Below are positions 37,530 to 46,692 of a DNA stretch of 64,000 bases, one piece after another. The notes under the pieces are model-generated. The model was not told the DNA's origin, did not search any database, and worked only from the letters and a program-made list of their open reading frames with translations. Positions within the stretch are counted from its first letter, which is position 1, and every line of letters begins with the position of its first letter. The stretch spans positions 79-64,078 of the forward strand of contig JAQVVF010000005.1 in assembly GCA_028699085.1 (NCBI GenBank). Direction: 5' to 3'. Source of the DNA: Patescibacteria group bacterium (lineage in GTDB: Bacteria; Patescibacteriota; JABMPQ01; JAQVVF01). Position numbers and translations under genes: made by a program.

Positions 37530-38102
37530 ATGAAAGAAATCCAACCAGTGAACCTTGATAATTATTATGATCTTGCCAAAATAAAAAAAGAGATTGCCAC
37601 AATGAACAAAAAAGTTAATCCTTGGTTAGTTGGTATTCTTTGCGCCATTTCAGCTATCTCATACTTCATTTTTGCGATAAGCGGTGAGAACAGGGTCATT
37701 GGCATCAGCAGTACGATCATTTTTTTGCTTACATTAGCCCCAACAGCATACTTTGGTATTCGTAAATTTGACCAAGTTATGGCTCGAAGTTTGATTGAAA
37801 ATCCTAGCACTTTATACAATAAGCTCTGCATTCAAATCTGTCTGTGGGCAGATTTCGTTAATGCGCAAATTGCTGAATTTAATAGCATTTTGATAAATCA
37901 ATCAGCTGGCGAGTTACAAATCGATTTACTCGAACAGGCGACTGCTCTCGAATCAAAAAAGCGCCAGTTAAACGTTTTTCTAGAAAATCTTTATCGAGTA
38001 AAATCAGTTGATTTTCATCCCAATAATCTTAAAATGATGATTGCTGAGCTAGAAGAAAAAATCAGATTTGAAAATCAAATCAAGGCCATTACAATCGAAT
38101 AA
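37530..38102 (+). CDS. Hypothetical membrane/coiled-coil protein
   Basis: 190 aa. Two TM helices then a coiled coil. AAAGGAGGAG SD. Confidence 0.4.
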   Translation: MKEIQPVNLDNYYDLAKIKKEIATMNKKVNPWLVGILCAISAISYFIFAISGENRVIGISSTIIFLLTLAPTAYFGIRKFDQVMARSLIENPSTLYNKLCIQICLWADFVNAQIAEFNSILINQSAGELQIDLLEQATALESKKRQLNVFLENLYRVKSVDFHPNNLKMMIAELEEKIRFENQIKAITIE

Positions 38103-38377
38103 TCGCACCTTTAAGACCATTTGGTCTTTTTTTATGCTTACAAATCATGCAAATTTAAATTGAATTACGCGGATAAGAAAATATTTTTGAGACTCGTGGT
38201 TGTTAAACATTTACGCGATTAGCAAGTAATGAAATTATCAACAGCTCGTTTGTTTTAATAGCTGTTTTATTGTATAATAAAATAAAGTTTAAAAACATTA
38301 AAAATAAAAATACAAGCTTAAAAAAGCATATCTAGAAATTACATTTTTAGATAATCTTAATTTAAGTTTTTAACAAA

Positions 38378-39211
38378 ATGCCAAACGGAGTTCCTCCAAC
38401 AAATTTACCTACAAATGATCAAAAAAATTCAGCTAATGAACCACCAAAAACAACATTCAAGCCATCTCCTGATAGAGTTAAAAATTTTCGTAAACAAATG
38501 GGAAAAATAAATCCAGAACCTGGAATGCCAAGTCGTCCAACACCACCAACACCACCGACTCCATCAGCACCTCAATCTCCAAAACCACAGCCACCAATGC
38601 CTCCAAAACCAACAACTCCAGAACCTCCTCAATTTGCACCAAAAGCACCTACACCAGCTCCAATGACGCCAAAGCCAACTCCTCCTCCGACTCCAGCACC
38701 AAAACCTAAAGCTCCAGTTCCTCCTCAGCCAAAAAGTCCAGAAATGCCAGAGCAAGCAGACGGTCCTTCAATTGAACAAGTTGAAAAGAAAAATTTAGTT
38801 GTTAAAATAATTATTTTAATTGTTGTTGTTGCTGCTTTAGCTGGATTAGTTTTGGGTGGAGTTTTTGCTTATAATAAATGGCTTAGTCCGTCTTCAAAAA
38901 CAAATACTACTAATACAAATTTGAATACTAATACGCAAGTTATTCCAGAAAACATAATTATTAATGAACAAATTAAAATCAAAGATTCAGATGGTGATAC
39001 AATTACTGATGAATGGGAAATAAAATATGGCCTTGATCCTAATGATCCAGCTGATGCAAATAAAGATAACGACAAAGATAAGCTAATAAATATCGAAGAA
39101 TTCAAATACAAAACAAATCCGAATAGCCAAGACACAGATGGAGATACATTTAGCGATTACATTGAAATACAAAAGGGCTTTAATCCAAACGGTGCCGGTA
39201 AATTAAAATAG
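38378..39211 (+). CDS. Pro/Thr-rich single-pass membrane protein with C-terminal thrombospondin type-3-like Ca-binding repeats
   Basis: (PTPP)n low-complexity region, TM helix (IIILIVVVAALAGLVLGGV) and DxDxDG repeats (DSDGDTITD, DTDGDTFSD). Confidence 0.5.
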   Translation: MPNGVPPTNLPTNDQKNSANEPPKTTFKPSPDRVKNFRKQMGKINPEPGMPSRPTPPTPPTPSAPQSPKPQPPMPPKPTTPEPPQFAPKAPTPAPMTPKPTPPPTPAPKPKAPVPPQPKSPEMPEQADGPSIEQVEKKNLVVKIIILIVVVAALAGLVLGGVFAYNKWLSPSSKTNTTNTNLNTNTQVIPENIIINEQIKIKDSDGDTITDEWEIKYGLDPNDPADANKDNDKDKLINIEEFKYKTNPNSQDTDGDTFSDYIEIQKGFNPNGAGKLK

Positions 39212-39214
39212 TAT

Positions 39215-39739
39215 ATGCAAAATTCTGGATTTAACAAATCAGCACTGTCATCAAGCAATCAGCAAAATCAAAAACCAAATCTAGAATTCCAATATTTACA
39301 ACAAAACAACAAGAAACATTCGATTCTTGTTGTTTTACTGATTATATTTTTAATTATTATTCTCGGTATTATTTGCGTAATTGCTTATGATTTTTTTCAA
39401 AAAAACAAGCAAGCAAATCTAACTGCAGATTTATATAATCAAGATATCGATGGCGATGGGTTGACGACAATTGAAGAGCTAAAATATGGTACTGACCAAA
39501 ATCAATATGATACAGATTTTGATAAAATGCCAGATGGCTGGGAGACAAGAAACAATTTAGATCCAAAAGATTATCTTGATGCAGTTAAGGATAATGATGA
39601 AGATGGCTTAACAAATCTTCAAGAGCTGCAATATAATTCCAACCCGAATATTAAAGATACTGATAATGATGGTTTTAACGATGGCGATGAAGTAAAAAAC
39701 AATTATAATCCTAATGGTGAAGGTAAAATCATTAAATAA
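39215..39739 (+). CDS. Membrane-anchored thrombospondin type-3-repeat protein, paralog of the upstream gene
   Basis: N-terminal TM plus DIDGDGLT, DNDEDGLTNLQELQY and DTDNDGFNDGDE repeats. The C-terminus aligns with that of 38378..39211. Confidence 0.5.
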   Translation: MQNSGFNKSALSSSNQQNQKPNLEFQYLQQNNKKHSILVVLLIIFLIIILGIICVIAYDFFQKNKQANLTADLYNQDIDGDGLTTIEELKYGTDQNQYDTDFDKMPDGWETRNNLDPKDYLDAVKDNDEDGLTNLQELQYNSNPNIKDTDNDGFNDGDEVKNNYNPNGEGKIIK

Positions 39740-41117
39740 AAACTTTAAAAATAAATTTATTTATGCCAAAATTATTTTAATTTTAGGCATAGTTTTGTTT
39801 TTACCAAAAATTTCATTTGCTAAAATTCCATTCAATATTTTGGTCAGCACTGGTTTCGGTGTTAATCCTCAATTAAAAGAATTTTCTAATACTGGAAAAG
39901 TTGCCAGCTATTTATCAAATATAAAACAATTACCAAAAAACAATAAAGGCATTAACGTTGCTTCTGGCGATGTTGATGGTGATGCTATTGACGAGATAAT
40001 AATCGCTCAAAGAGCTGGCGGAAATTCAGAAGTTTTAGTTTTTGAGAAAAACGGCAAATTTAAAAAACCAATTTTGAATCCGTATCCTAATTCAGTTACT
40101 GGAGTAAATATTGCTGCAGGTGATGTTGATAAAGATGGCAAAGACGAAATTATTACAGTTCCTGCAGAAGGTGGAATTGCACAAGTTAAAATATATCGCT
40201 TCAATAAAAAACAAGAAATTATCAAAGAATTCAAGGCTTTTAGTGAAGATAAATGTGGAGGATCTGTTGCCTCAGGAGATATTGATCATGACGACAAAGA
40301 TGAAATAATTGTTGGCAATGGACCAAAATGTCCTCCAAAAGTTCGCGTTTATGAATCTAACGGCACTAGATTGCCATTAGAGTTTTATGCTTTTAATCCA
40401 AATTTTTTGGGCGGAATTGATGTTGCTGCCGGCGATGTTGATAAAGATGGAATTGATGAAATTGGCACTTGCCAATCTCAGCAGCAAGCTTGGTGCAAAA
40501 TTTACAAATATAAAAATTATACTCCTTTAATTGGTTCATGGCTTGCCTATAGCAATTTTGAAGTTGGCGCTAGAATTGATTTTGCTGATTTGGATTCTGA
40601 TGGCCGCGATGAAGTAATTACTGGTACGGCTCATGGCACTCCGCAAGTCCGTTTTTTTGAAGCATCAGGCGCTCCAATCAATATTAATTTTTACCCATTT
40701 CCAAAAAATTATGATTCCGGTATTGATGTCGCTCCATTTTTCGCTAACAACAAATCACAGGAAAAAGTCATTTATGTTGAAGATGGCGACAGTATTTATT
40801 TAACTGATAGTAGGGAAATGCGCTATATCGGTGTTAATGCTCCGGAAGTTGGCAAAAAGTATTATGAGCAAGCAATTAATCTAAACAAAAGGTTAGTTGA
40901 ACACAAAAATATAACTCTAGAATATGATGTTGATCGCGAAGATCATATTGGCCGAGATTTAGCTTATGTCTTTGTTGGAAAAAAATTTATTAACAAAATT
41001 ATAGTCGCCAAAGGCTTAGCCAAGGTTGATACTTATAAGCCAAATGTAAAATATCGATCAGTATTTAAAAAAGCCCAGCGTCGAGCTCAAAGATTGCACC
41101 TTGGAATGTGGAAGTGA
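39714..41117 (+). CDS. Secreted FG-GAP/VCBS-repeat beta-propeller protein fused to a staphylococcal-nuclease (SNase/thermonuclease) domain
   Basis: Signal peptide (...LPKISFA|K). At least five GDVDxDGxDEII FG-GAP-type repeats. C-terminal SNase-like region (IGVNAPE..., RDLAYVFV, ...QRLHLGMW). Confidence 0.65.
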   Translation: MVKVKSLNKNFKNKFIYAKIILILGIVLFLPKISFAKIPFNILVSTGFGVNPQLKEFSNTGKVASYLSNIKQLPKNNKGINVASGDVDGDAIDEIIIAQRAGGNSEVLVFEKNGKFKKPILNPYPNSVTGVNIAAGDVDKDGKDEIITVPAEGGIAQVKIYRFNKKQEIIKEFKAFSEDKCGGSVASGDIDHDDKDEIIVGNGPKCPPKVRVYESNGTRLPLEFYAFNPNFLGGIDVAAGDVDKDGIDEIGTCQSQQQAWCKIYKYKNYTPLIGSWLAYSNFEVGARIDFADLDSDGRDEVITGTAHGTPQVRFFEASGAPININFYPFPKNYDSGIDVAPFFANNKSQEKVIYVEDGDSIYLTDSREMRYIGVNAPEVGKKYYEQAINLNKRLVEHKNITLEYDVDREDHIGRDLAYVFVGKKFINKIIVAKGLAKVDTYKPNVKYRSVFKKAQRRAQRLHLGMWK

Positions 41118-41159
41118 ATATATCGTCGAGAAAAAACAGTTCTGTATCCTAATGCAAGA

Positions 41160-42374
41160 TTAATCAATCAATTTCTTATAGCAAGGTATCGAATAAATAG
41201 ATCCGCAAATCAAAATAGGTAAATTATTTTTCAAAGCCAAATCAATGGCTTTTTTGATTGCTAAATTTAATTCCATGGTTTGTCCATTTTTATAATATTT
41301 TTTTAGTTGAACGGTACTGTACATCAAATCCATTTTTAGTTTAGGAAAAATAATTTCTAAAATTATTGGTTTCAAAATTTTCAAATTTTGTTTTGCATCT
41401 TTAGTTATTTTGGCAGAAAACAAAATGATTGCTTTTTTATATTTCAAATCTTTAAAAGTTTTTACCAAAGTTTTAAATCCGCCAGGATTATGCGCGCTAT
41501 CAATAATAATCGTTATTTTATTTTTACCAAGCTTTTTAAATCGCACATCGAATCTAGTTGGCCATTTAACTTTTAAAAATCCATTTTTAATTGCTTGTTC
41601 AGAAATTTTGTATTTCTCTTTTAGTTCATTTATCGCACTCAAGACAATGCCAGCATTTCGCCTCTGATGCTCACCTAAAAGTTTTAGTTTATACTTATTG
41701 CTTAATTTATCAGTCTTTATCAATTTAGCCTTTTTTTCTTTACAAACTTTTTTAATTACATTTAACGTTGTTCCTCGGTTCGAGGTAACGACAACAGAAT
41801 CAGACTTTATAATACCTGCTTTCTCTTTAGTAATCTTTGCAATTGTGTTACCTAAATATTCTTTATGGTCAATTGAGATATCGGTGATTGCAGAAATTCC
41901 AAGATTTAAAACATTAGTCGCATCTAATCTTCCGCCAAGACCAACTTCAAAGACTACAAAGTCAACTTTTTCGTCTCTAAAATATAATATTGCAATAACC
42001 GTTAAAATTTCAAACCAAGTTGGCTGATCATTTATCTCTTTTTTAACTTTTTTTACATAGGGCAAAATATATTCAAAATATTTCGCTAATCTTTTTTCAG
42101 AAATATCTTGATAATCAATCCTAATTCTTTCCGTCATTTTAAAAATATGTGGGGAAGTGAATAGTCCGACTTTGTATCCAGCTTGTGTCAAAATGCTCTG
42201 TAATGAGGCACTGACAGATCCTTTGCCATTTGTTCCAGCAACATGCACGCCTTTTAAATTATTTTCCGGATTACCAAGTTTCTCCAGCAATTTTTCAATT
42301 CTTCTCAGATCTAACCACGCCTTCTTTTTAGGAGGTGTGTCAAAAAGCTTTTCGTATTTTGTTAGGATTGACAT
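41160..42374 (-). CDS. folC: Folylpolyglutamate synthase/dihydrofolate synthase
   Basis: Mur-ligase family P-loop VHVAGTNGKGSV. 404 aa. Confidence 0.85.
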   Translation of the reverse strand: MSILTKYEKLFDTPPKKKAWLDLRRIEKLLEKLGNPENNLKGVHVAGTNGKGSVSASLQSILTQAGYKVGLFTSPHIFKMTERIRIDYQDISEKRLAKYFEYILPYVKKVKKEINDQPTWFEILTVIAILYFRDEKVDFVVFEVGLGGRLDATNVLNLGISAITDISIDHKEYLGNTIAKITKEKAGIIKSDSVVVTSNRGTTLNVIKKVCKEKKAKLIKTDKLSNKYKLKLLGEHQRRNAGIVLSAINELKEKYKISEQAIKNGFLKVKWPTRFDVRFKKLGKNKITIIIDSAHNPGGFKTLVKTFKDLKYKKAIILFSAKITKDAKQNLKILKPIILEIIFPKLKMDLMYSTVQLKKYYKNGQTMELNLAIKKAIDLALKNNLPILICGSIYSIPCYKKLID

Positions 42375-42463
42375 AAGTTATTAAAGTATAATTAAAAAAC
42401 CAGCCTTTTGCAAGAGCTGGTTCATATATCTTATGCCTTAAATCTTACATCTTATATCTAAAG

Positions 42464-43159
42464 TTAAGCCCATTTCCTAAAGAATTCTTTTGTTATCATG
42501 TATCTGTGAGAAATCCTTAATCCTGACAAATTTACTTTTTTTGATAAATAATTTAAACAAGTATTAAAAATTGTATAGCTTGCCCAAATTCCTGAAGCAA
42601 ATAATCCTCTCTCAACTGCCACAACAGGAATCAAAGCGATCCAAACTGATGCCGGAAGATTAAAGGCATACAAAAACGCCACTGATCCAACAGCATGAGC
42701 AGTAAATGTTGAGCCTAAACTTTTTAAAATCAATCTGTCCGCTTTAAATGCGCAAACAATTGGAATTAGCCAGTATAATGCAAAAAACCAAGCTTGCCTT
42801 CCTTCTGGTTTCAACCAAAAAAGAATCATACAAATAGCTGGAGTTGCAATTCTAAATAATTTAGAATCCTTCTTAATTCCAAAATAAATTGCTGCAAAAA
42901 CCATTGGAAATAATCTGATTATGTTTGTCACATCAAAAGCTTGATGATGAAAAACAGTATTAAATATTTTGACCGCAAGAACAGAAATCGCAGCAGGGAT
43001 TGCACCTAAAAATCCGCCTGACATTGGAGCAAAAAAATCAAAGCCAGTAAATGCTTGTGAAGATCCCATTATTTTTGCAAAAGGGAATTGAAGCAGAATA
43101 TATCCGATAATCGTAAATAAGATTACAAATAAAATTTTTCTAAATAAATTTGATTTCAT
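42464..43159 (-). CDS. Polytopic membrane protein, possible ECF-transporter S component (folate-family candidate given folC adjacency)
   Basis: 231 aa with ~6 TM helices. Adjacency to folC is the only functional hint. Confidence 0.35.
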   Translation of the reverse strand: MKSNLFRKILFVILFTIIGYILLQFPFAKIMGSSQAFTGFDFFAPMSGGFLGAIPAAISVLAVKIFNTVFHHQAFDVTNIIRLFPMVFAAIYFGIKKDSKLFRIATPAICMILFWLKPEGRQAWFFALYWLIPIVCAFKADRLILKSLGSTFTAHAVGSVAFLYAFNLPASVWIALIPVVAVERGLFASGIWASYTIFNTCLNYLSKKVNLSGLRISHRYMITKEFFRKWA

Positions 43160-43235
43160 AAAATAGTTGTAAGTTAGCAGTTATAAGTTACTAGTTAAAA
43201 ATTAAATTAGTGTGTCATAAAAATTAAATTAAATT

Positions 43236-44981
43236 CTACAAACTACGGCTTACAATTTCCTGCTTAACTTTTTCAATAAATTTATCAATTGCAAAATTTT
43301 CAACTTTTCCATCTCGAAGTCTAATTGGTAATTCAGAAGATTTCTCTTCACGTTCTCCAAAAACAATTGTGTATGGAACTTTTTGCTTTCTTGATCCGGC
43401 AATTTTTTTGCCAACACTTTCTTCGCGATTATCAACCTCAACTCTTATTCCTTGTTCTTTGAATTTCTTAGCCAGTTCGTTTGCTTTACCTCCAAATTTT
43501 TCAGAAACTGAAAGAATCAAAACTTGAACAGGGGAGAGCCAAACTGGAAATTTTCCAGCATAATGTTCAATCAAAATTCCTAAAAATCTTTCTGGCGAGC
43601 CAACAATTGCTCGATGAACCATGACAGGTGTTTGCTCTTTTCCATCTTTGTCATTATATTTTAGGCCAAATCTTTGAGGCATAATAAAATCTAGTTGAAT
43701 CGTTGAAATTTGCCATTCTCTGCCTAAAGAGTCTTTTGTTAAAAAATCCATTTTAGGGCCATACAAGGCAGCTTCACCCAAAGCTTTCGTATAGATAATT
43801 TTATTGTCGTTCAAAAATTTTTCTAGTAATTTTTGTGATTTTTCCCAGATCTCTGGATCTCCTAAATATTTTTCCTTTTTTGCTGGGTCCCATAAAGACA
43901 ATCTTATTGAACATTCCATGCCATATGTTTTCAAGGCTTTTTTAACAATTTCGAGAACTGATGAAAATTCATCCACAATCTGATCTTCTCTGCAAAAGCT
44001 ATGTCCGTCATCTTGGCAAAAGCATCGAAGTCTTGTTAAACCATTTAGCTCGCCTGGTTTTTCATCGCGATATAAATTTGCAAAATCAGCAATTCTGATT
44101 GGCAAATCTTTATAACTACGAGGTTGAGAAGCAAAGACTTGAGTATGCTGTGGGCAATTCATTGGTTTCAAGAAAAATTCCTCTTTAGTATAATTTGAAA
44201 TAACCTTAAACATATTCTCTTTAAATTTGTCGTAATGTCCTGAAATTTTAAAAAGTTCTGCTCGATTCATATTCGGACTCCAAACTTCTTGATAGCCAAT
44301 ACTTTTTTGCAATTCATTTATATGGTTAACGATTTCTCTTCGAACAATAGCGCCTTTAAAAGTATAAACTGGCATACCTGCACCAATTAGATCAGAGAAA
44401 ATAAACAAATCCATTTCTTTTCCTAATTTTCGATGATCTCTTTTTTCAGCTTCTAATTTTTGTACCTCATATTTTCTTAGTTCTTTAGCATCCAAAAATG
44501 CCAAGCCATAAATTCTCTGCAACATTTTATTTTTTTCATTGCCTCTCCAATACGCGCCAGCAACACGCTCTAATTTAAAGCTTTTTGGATTGATTTCAGA
44601 TGTATTCTCTACATGAGGACCTAAACACAAATTCTCGAACCAATCTGATTTATAAAAGCTTACATCTTTTTCGCCAGCAGTTTTTAAGTCTTTAATCAAT
44701 TCAGTCTTGTATGGATCATCTTTGTATAAATTTAAAGCCTCATCAAATGACATTTGATGTTGAACAAAAGGAATTCTTTGCTTAATTAATTCTTGCATTC
44801 TCTTTTCTATCCACTCAAAATCCTTTTCAGAAATTTTTTCAGGTAAATCATAATCCTGATAAAAGCCATTTTCAATTGTTGGTCCAACACCAAGTTTAGC
44901 TTTTGGATATTTTTCCAAAATAGCCATCGTCATCAGGTGGGATAAAGAATGTCGAATTTTTTGTATTTGATTATTTTCCAT
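43236..44981 (-). CDS. thrS: Threonine--tRNA ligase
   Basis: Class II catalytic core, zinc site and anticodon-binding domain. 581 aa. The N-terminal TGS domain appears absent. Confidence 0.9.
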   Translation of the reverse strand: MENNQIQKIRHSLSHLMTMAILEKYPKAKLGVGPTIENGFYQDYDLPEKISEKDFEWIEKRMQELIKQRIPFVQHQMSFDEALNLYKDDPYKTELIKDLKTAGEKDVSFYKSDWFENLCLGPHVENTSEINPKSFKLERVAGAYWRGNEKNKMLQRIYGLAFLDAKELRKYEVQKLEAEKRDHRKLGKEMDLFIFSDLIGAGMPVYTFKGAIVRREIVNHINELQKSIGYQEVWSPNMNRAELFKISGHYDKFKENMFKVISNYTKEEFFLKPMNCPQHTQVFASQPRSYKDLPIRIADFANLYRDEKPGELNGLTRLRCFCQDDGHSFCREDQIVDEFSSVLEIVKKALKTYGMECSIRLSLWDPAKKEKYLGDPEIWEKSQKLLEKFLNDNKIIYTKALGEAALYGPKMDFLTKDSLGREWQISTIQLDFIMPQRFGLKYNDKDGKEQTPVMVHRAIVGSPERFLGILIEHYAGKFPVWLSPVQVLILSVSEKFGGKANELAKKFKEQGIRVEVDNREESVGKKIAGSRKQKVPYTIVFGEREEKSSELPIRLRDGKVENFAIDKFIEKVKQEIVSRSL

Positions 44982-45043
44982 AATTTTTAATATTATATAG
45001 CCAGATTAACAGATTTACAAGATTATTTCAAATCCCAAACGCT

Positions 45044-46177
45044 TTATTTTGTAATTATTTCCACGTTTCCAGATCCTCCTGGTACAGTCTTTTGCCAAAT
45101 AGGCGAAAAATAAATATCTACATTTTCAATATCTTCCTGGTATTTTTTATAATAAGTTTTTATTTCATCATAATTAAATCCAGTAATTTTTTCTTTATCC
45201 AATGCTTCTTTAGGTAATACTGGTTTTAAAAAAGCAGAGCAAGATATTTTAAAAATCGCTTGGTTTTTTTGTGGATTCAACTCAATTATTTCAGCTTTTA
45301 AATTATTTTCATCAAGTTCTGCAAATTCTTTTTCACCAATAATTTGTCCTTTTAATTTTGCAATTGCCAGATTTTCTAGCATTTCTTTATTTAACAAAAC
45401 TCCAGCAATTTTTAATTTTAAATCAGCTTTCAATTTATCTGCCTCTTCATTCGCATTGGCTGATGTCTTAAAGCTTGAAATTTCTTTTTTAAAAAGCTGA
45501 TCCCAAAGCTCTTCATTATCTTTTTGTTCATTTTTGATATCAGTCAAAAATTTAGAAAATAAATCATCAACTATTTTATTTCGTAAATTATTTATATCGT
45601 CATCAGAAACAATTTTGCCAGTCTTTTCGCCTCCAGTAAATTCTTCTTTATTTTCAGCATAAACTAAATCTTTCCAGCCAGACCAAAGTTTTACAAAAGT
45701 AAATTTTGTTGGTTTCAAATTTCCGGCAATGCCTTTTTGGCTGGCAATAACTTTCATTTCAACCTTATCTTTCGGTTTTAAAATCAAAGGCCCAGTTGTC
45801 TTAAAAATTATTTCTGAATTATCAGGTTTTAATTGTGAAGAAGCAACTAATGTTAATGCTTTATCTTGTTTGTTATAAACAGTAACTTTTCCAGAAGCAA
45901 AATCATCAACCTTTTTTTCTTTAATGTCTGTAATCTCTTCAGAACCTGCAATTTCTTTTTCCACAAATCTGCCACTAACAGATGTAGCATTAATTTTTTC
46001 TTTGCCAACTGCAATTTCAAAAGTCGTATCAATTTTTTCCTTGCGCAATTCTAAAGTTATCTTGGCTTTAGAGAAAGAAGTATAGAAGACAAAAACTAGT
46101 ACTAAGAAACTTATAATTCCAAAAACAAATATTATTTTATAAGGTGAGCGTGAAGGTCCAATTTTGCCTAAGTTCAT
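45044..46177 (-). CDS. Hypothetical membrane-anchored protein
   Basis: N-terminal TM then a 350-aa K/E-rich domain. No recognised family. Confidence 0.4.
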   Translation of the reverse strand: MNLGKIGPSRSPYKIIFVFGIISFLVLVFVFYTSFSKAKITLELRKEKIDTTFEIAVGKEKINATSVSGRFVEKEIAGSEEITDIKEKKVDDFASGKVTVYNKQDKALTLVASSQLKPDNSEIIFKTTGPLILKPKDKVEMKVIASQKGIAGNLKPTKFTFVKLWSGWKDLVYAENKEEFTGGEKTGKIVSDDDINNLRNKIVDDLFSKFLTDIKNEQKDNEELWDQLFKKEISSFKTSANANEEADKLKADLKLKIAGVLLNKEMLENLAIAKLKGQIIGEKEFAELDENNLKAEIIELNPQKNQAIFKISCSAFLKPVLPKEALDKEKITGFNYDEIKTYYKKYQEDIENVDIYFSPIWQKTVPGGSGNVEIITK

Positions 46178-46692
46178 ATATTTAAAAACCTAAAAAAATT
46201 AAAAATATTAATACGCTTCTTCCTAATTATTCTTCTGCGAATTCTTATATTAAGGCCAATAATCCCAGGCCAATTTTTCTTAAGCCAGATTTTTGATTTC
46301 AAAAAGTAATCATCTAATCCACGGCTTGACATTTCTTTTCTAATTATACCGCCTTGATGAGGGTGGCGAAATGATTGGGCTAGGGGAGAAGAAAAGCCAT
46401 GTGCATAATGAACAAGTTCATGAATAATTGTTGCATCAACTACATACTGAGGTATTTTTTCATCTTTAAAATAAGAGGTTAAAGTTATAATTGTTTGATT
46501 ATTTTCTGGATTAAGCTTGATTGATCCAAGTCTTGCTTTAGCTTTTCGCCCAAACAAAATCACAATATCATTTTTGATTTGTATATCAGAAAAATAATTT
46601 TGTAAAAAAAATATCAGCCGTTGTTTTAGCCAATTATTATCTCTAACCATTAGTTTCTGCTTTAATAATGCTAATATTGCCAGTACCAACAA
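46174..46692 (-). CDS. DUF45/YgjP-like (SprT-like) zinc metallohydrolase
   Basis: HExxH motif in IIHELVHYAHGFSS. 172 aa. The true start is possibly the internal ATG at 46650, which reduces the overlap with dnaE. Confidence 0.6.
   Translation of the reverse strand: MLVLAILALLKQKLMVRDNNWLKQRLIFFLQNYFSDIQIKNDIVILFGRKAKARLGSIKLNPENNQTIITLTSYFKDEKIPQYVVDATIIHELVHYAHGFSSPLAQSFRHPHQGGIIRKEMSSRGLDDYFLKSKIWLKKNWPGIIGLNIRIRRRIIRKKRINIFNFFRFLNI

Noticed and set aside
45866-46054. 62-aa plus-strand ORF (Phe/Asn-rich)
   Set aside because: It lies inside the 45044..46177 minus-strand gene and is a low-complexity AT-rich translation.
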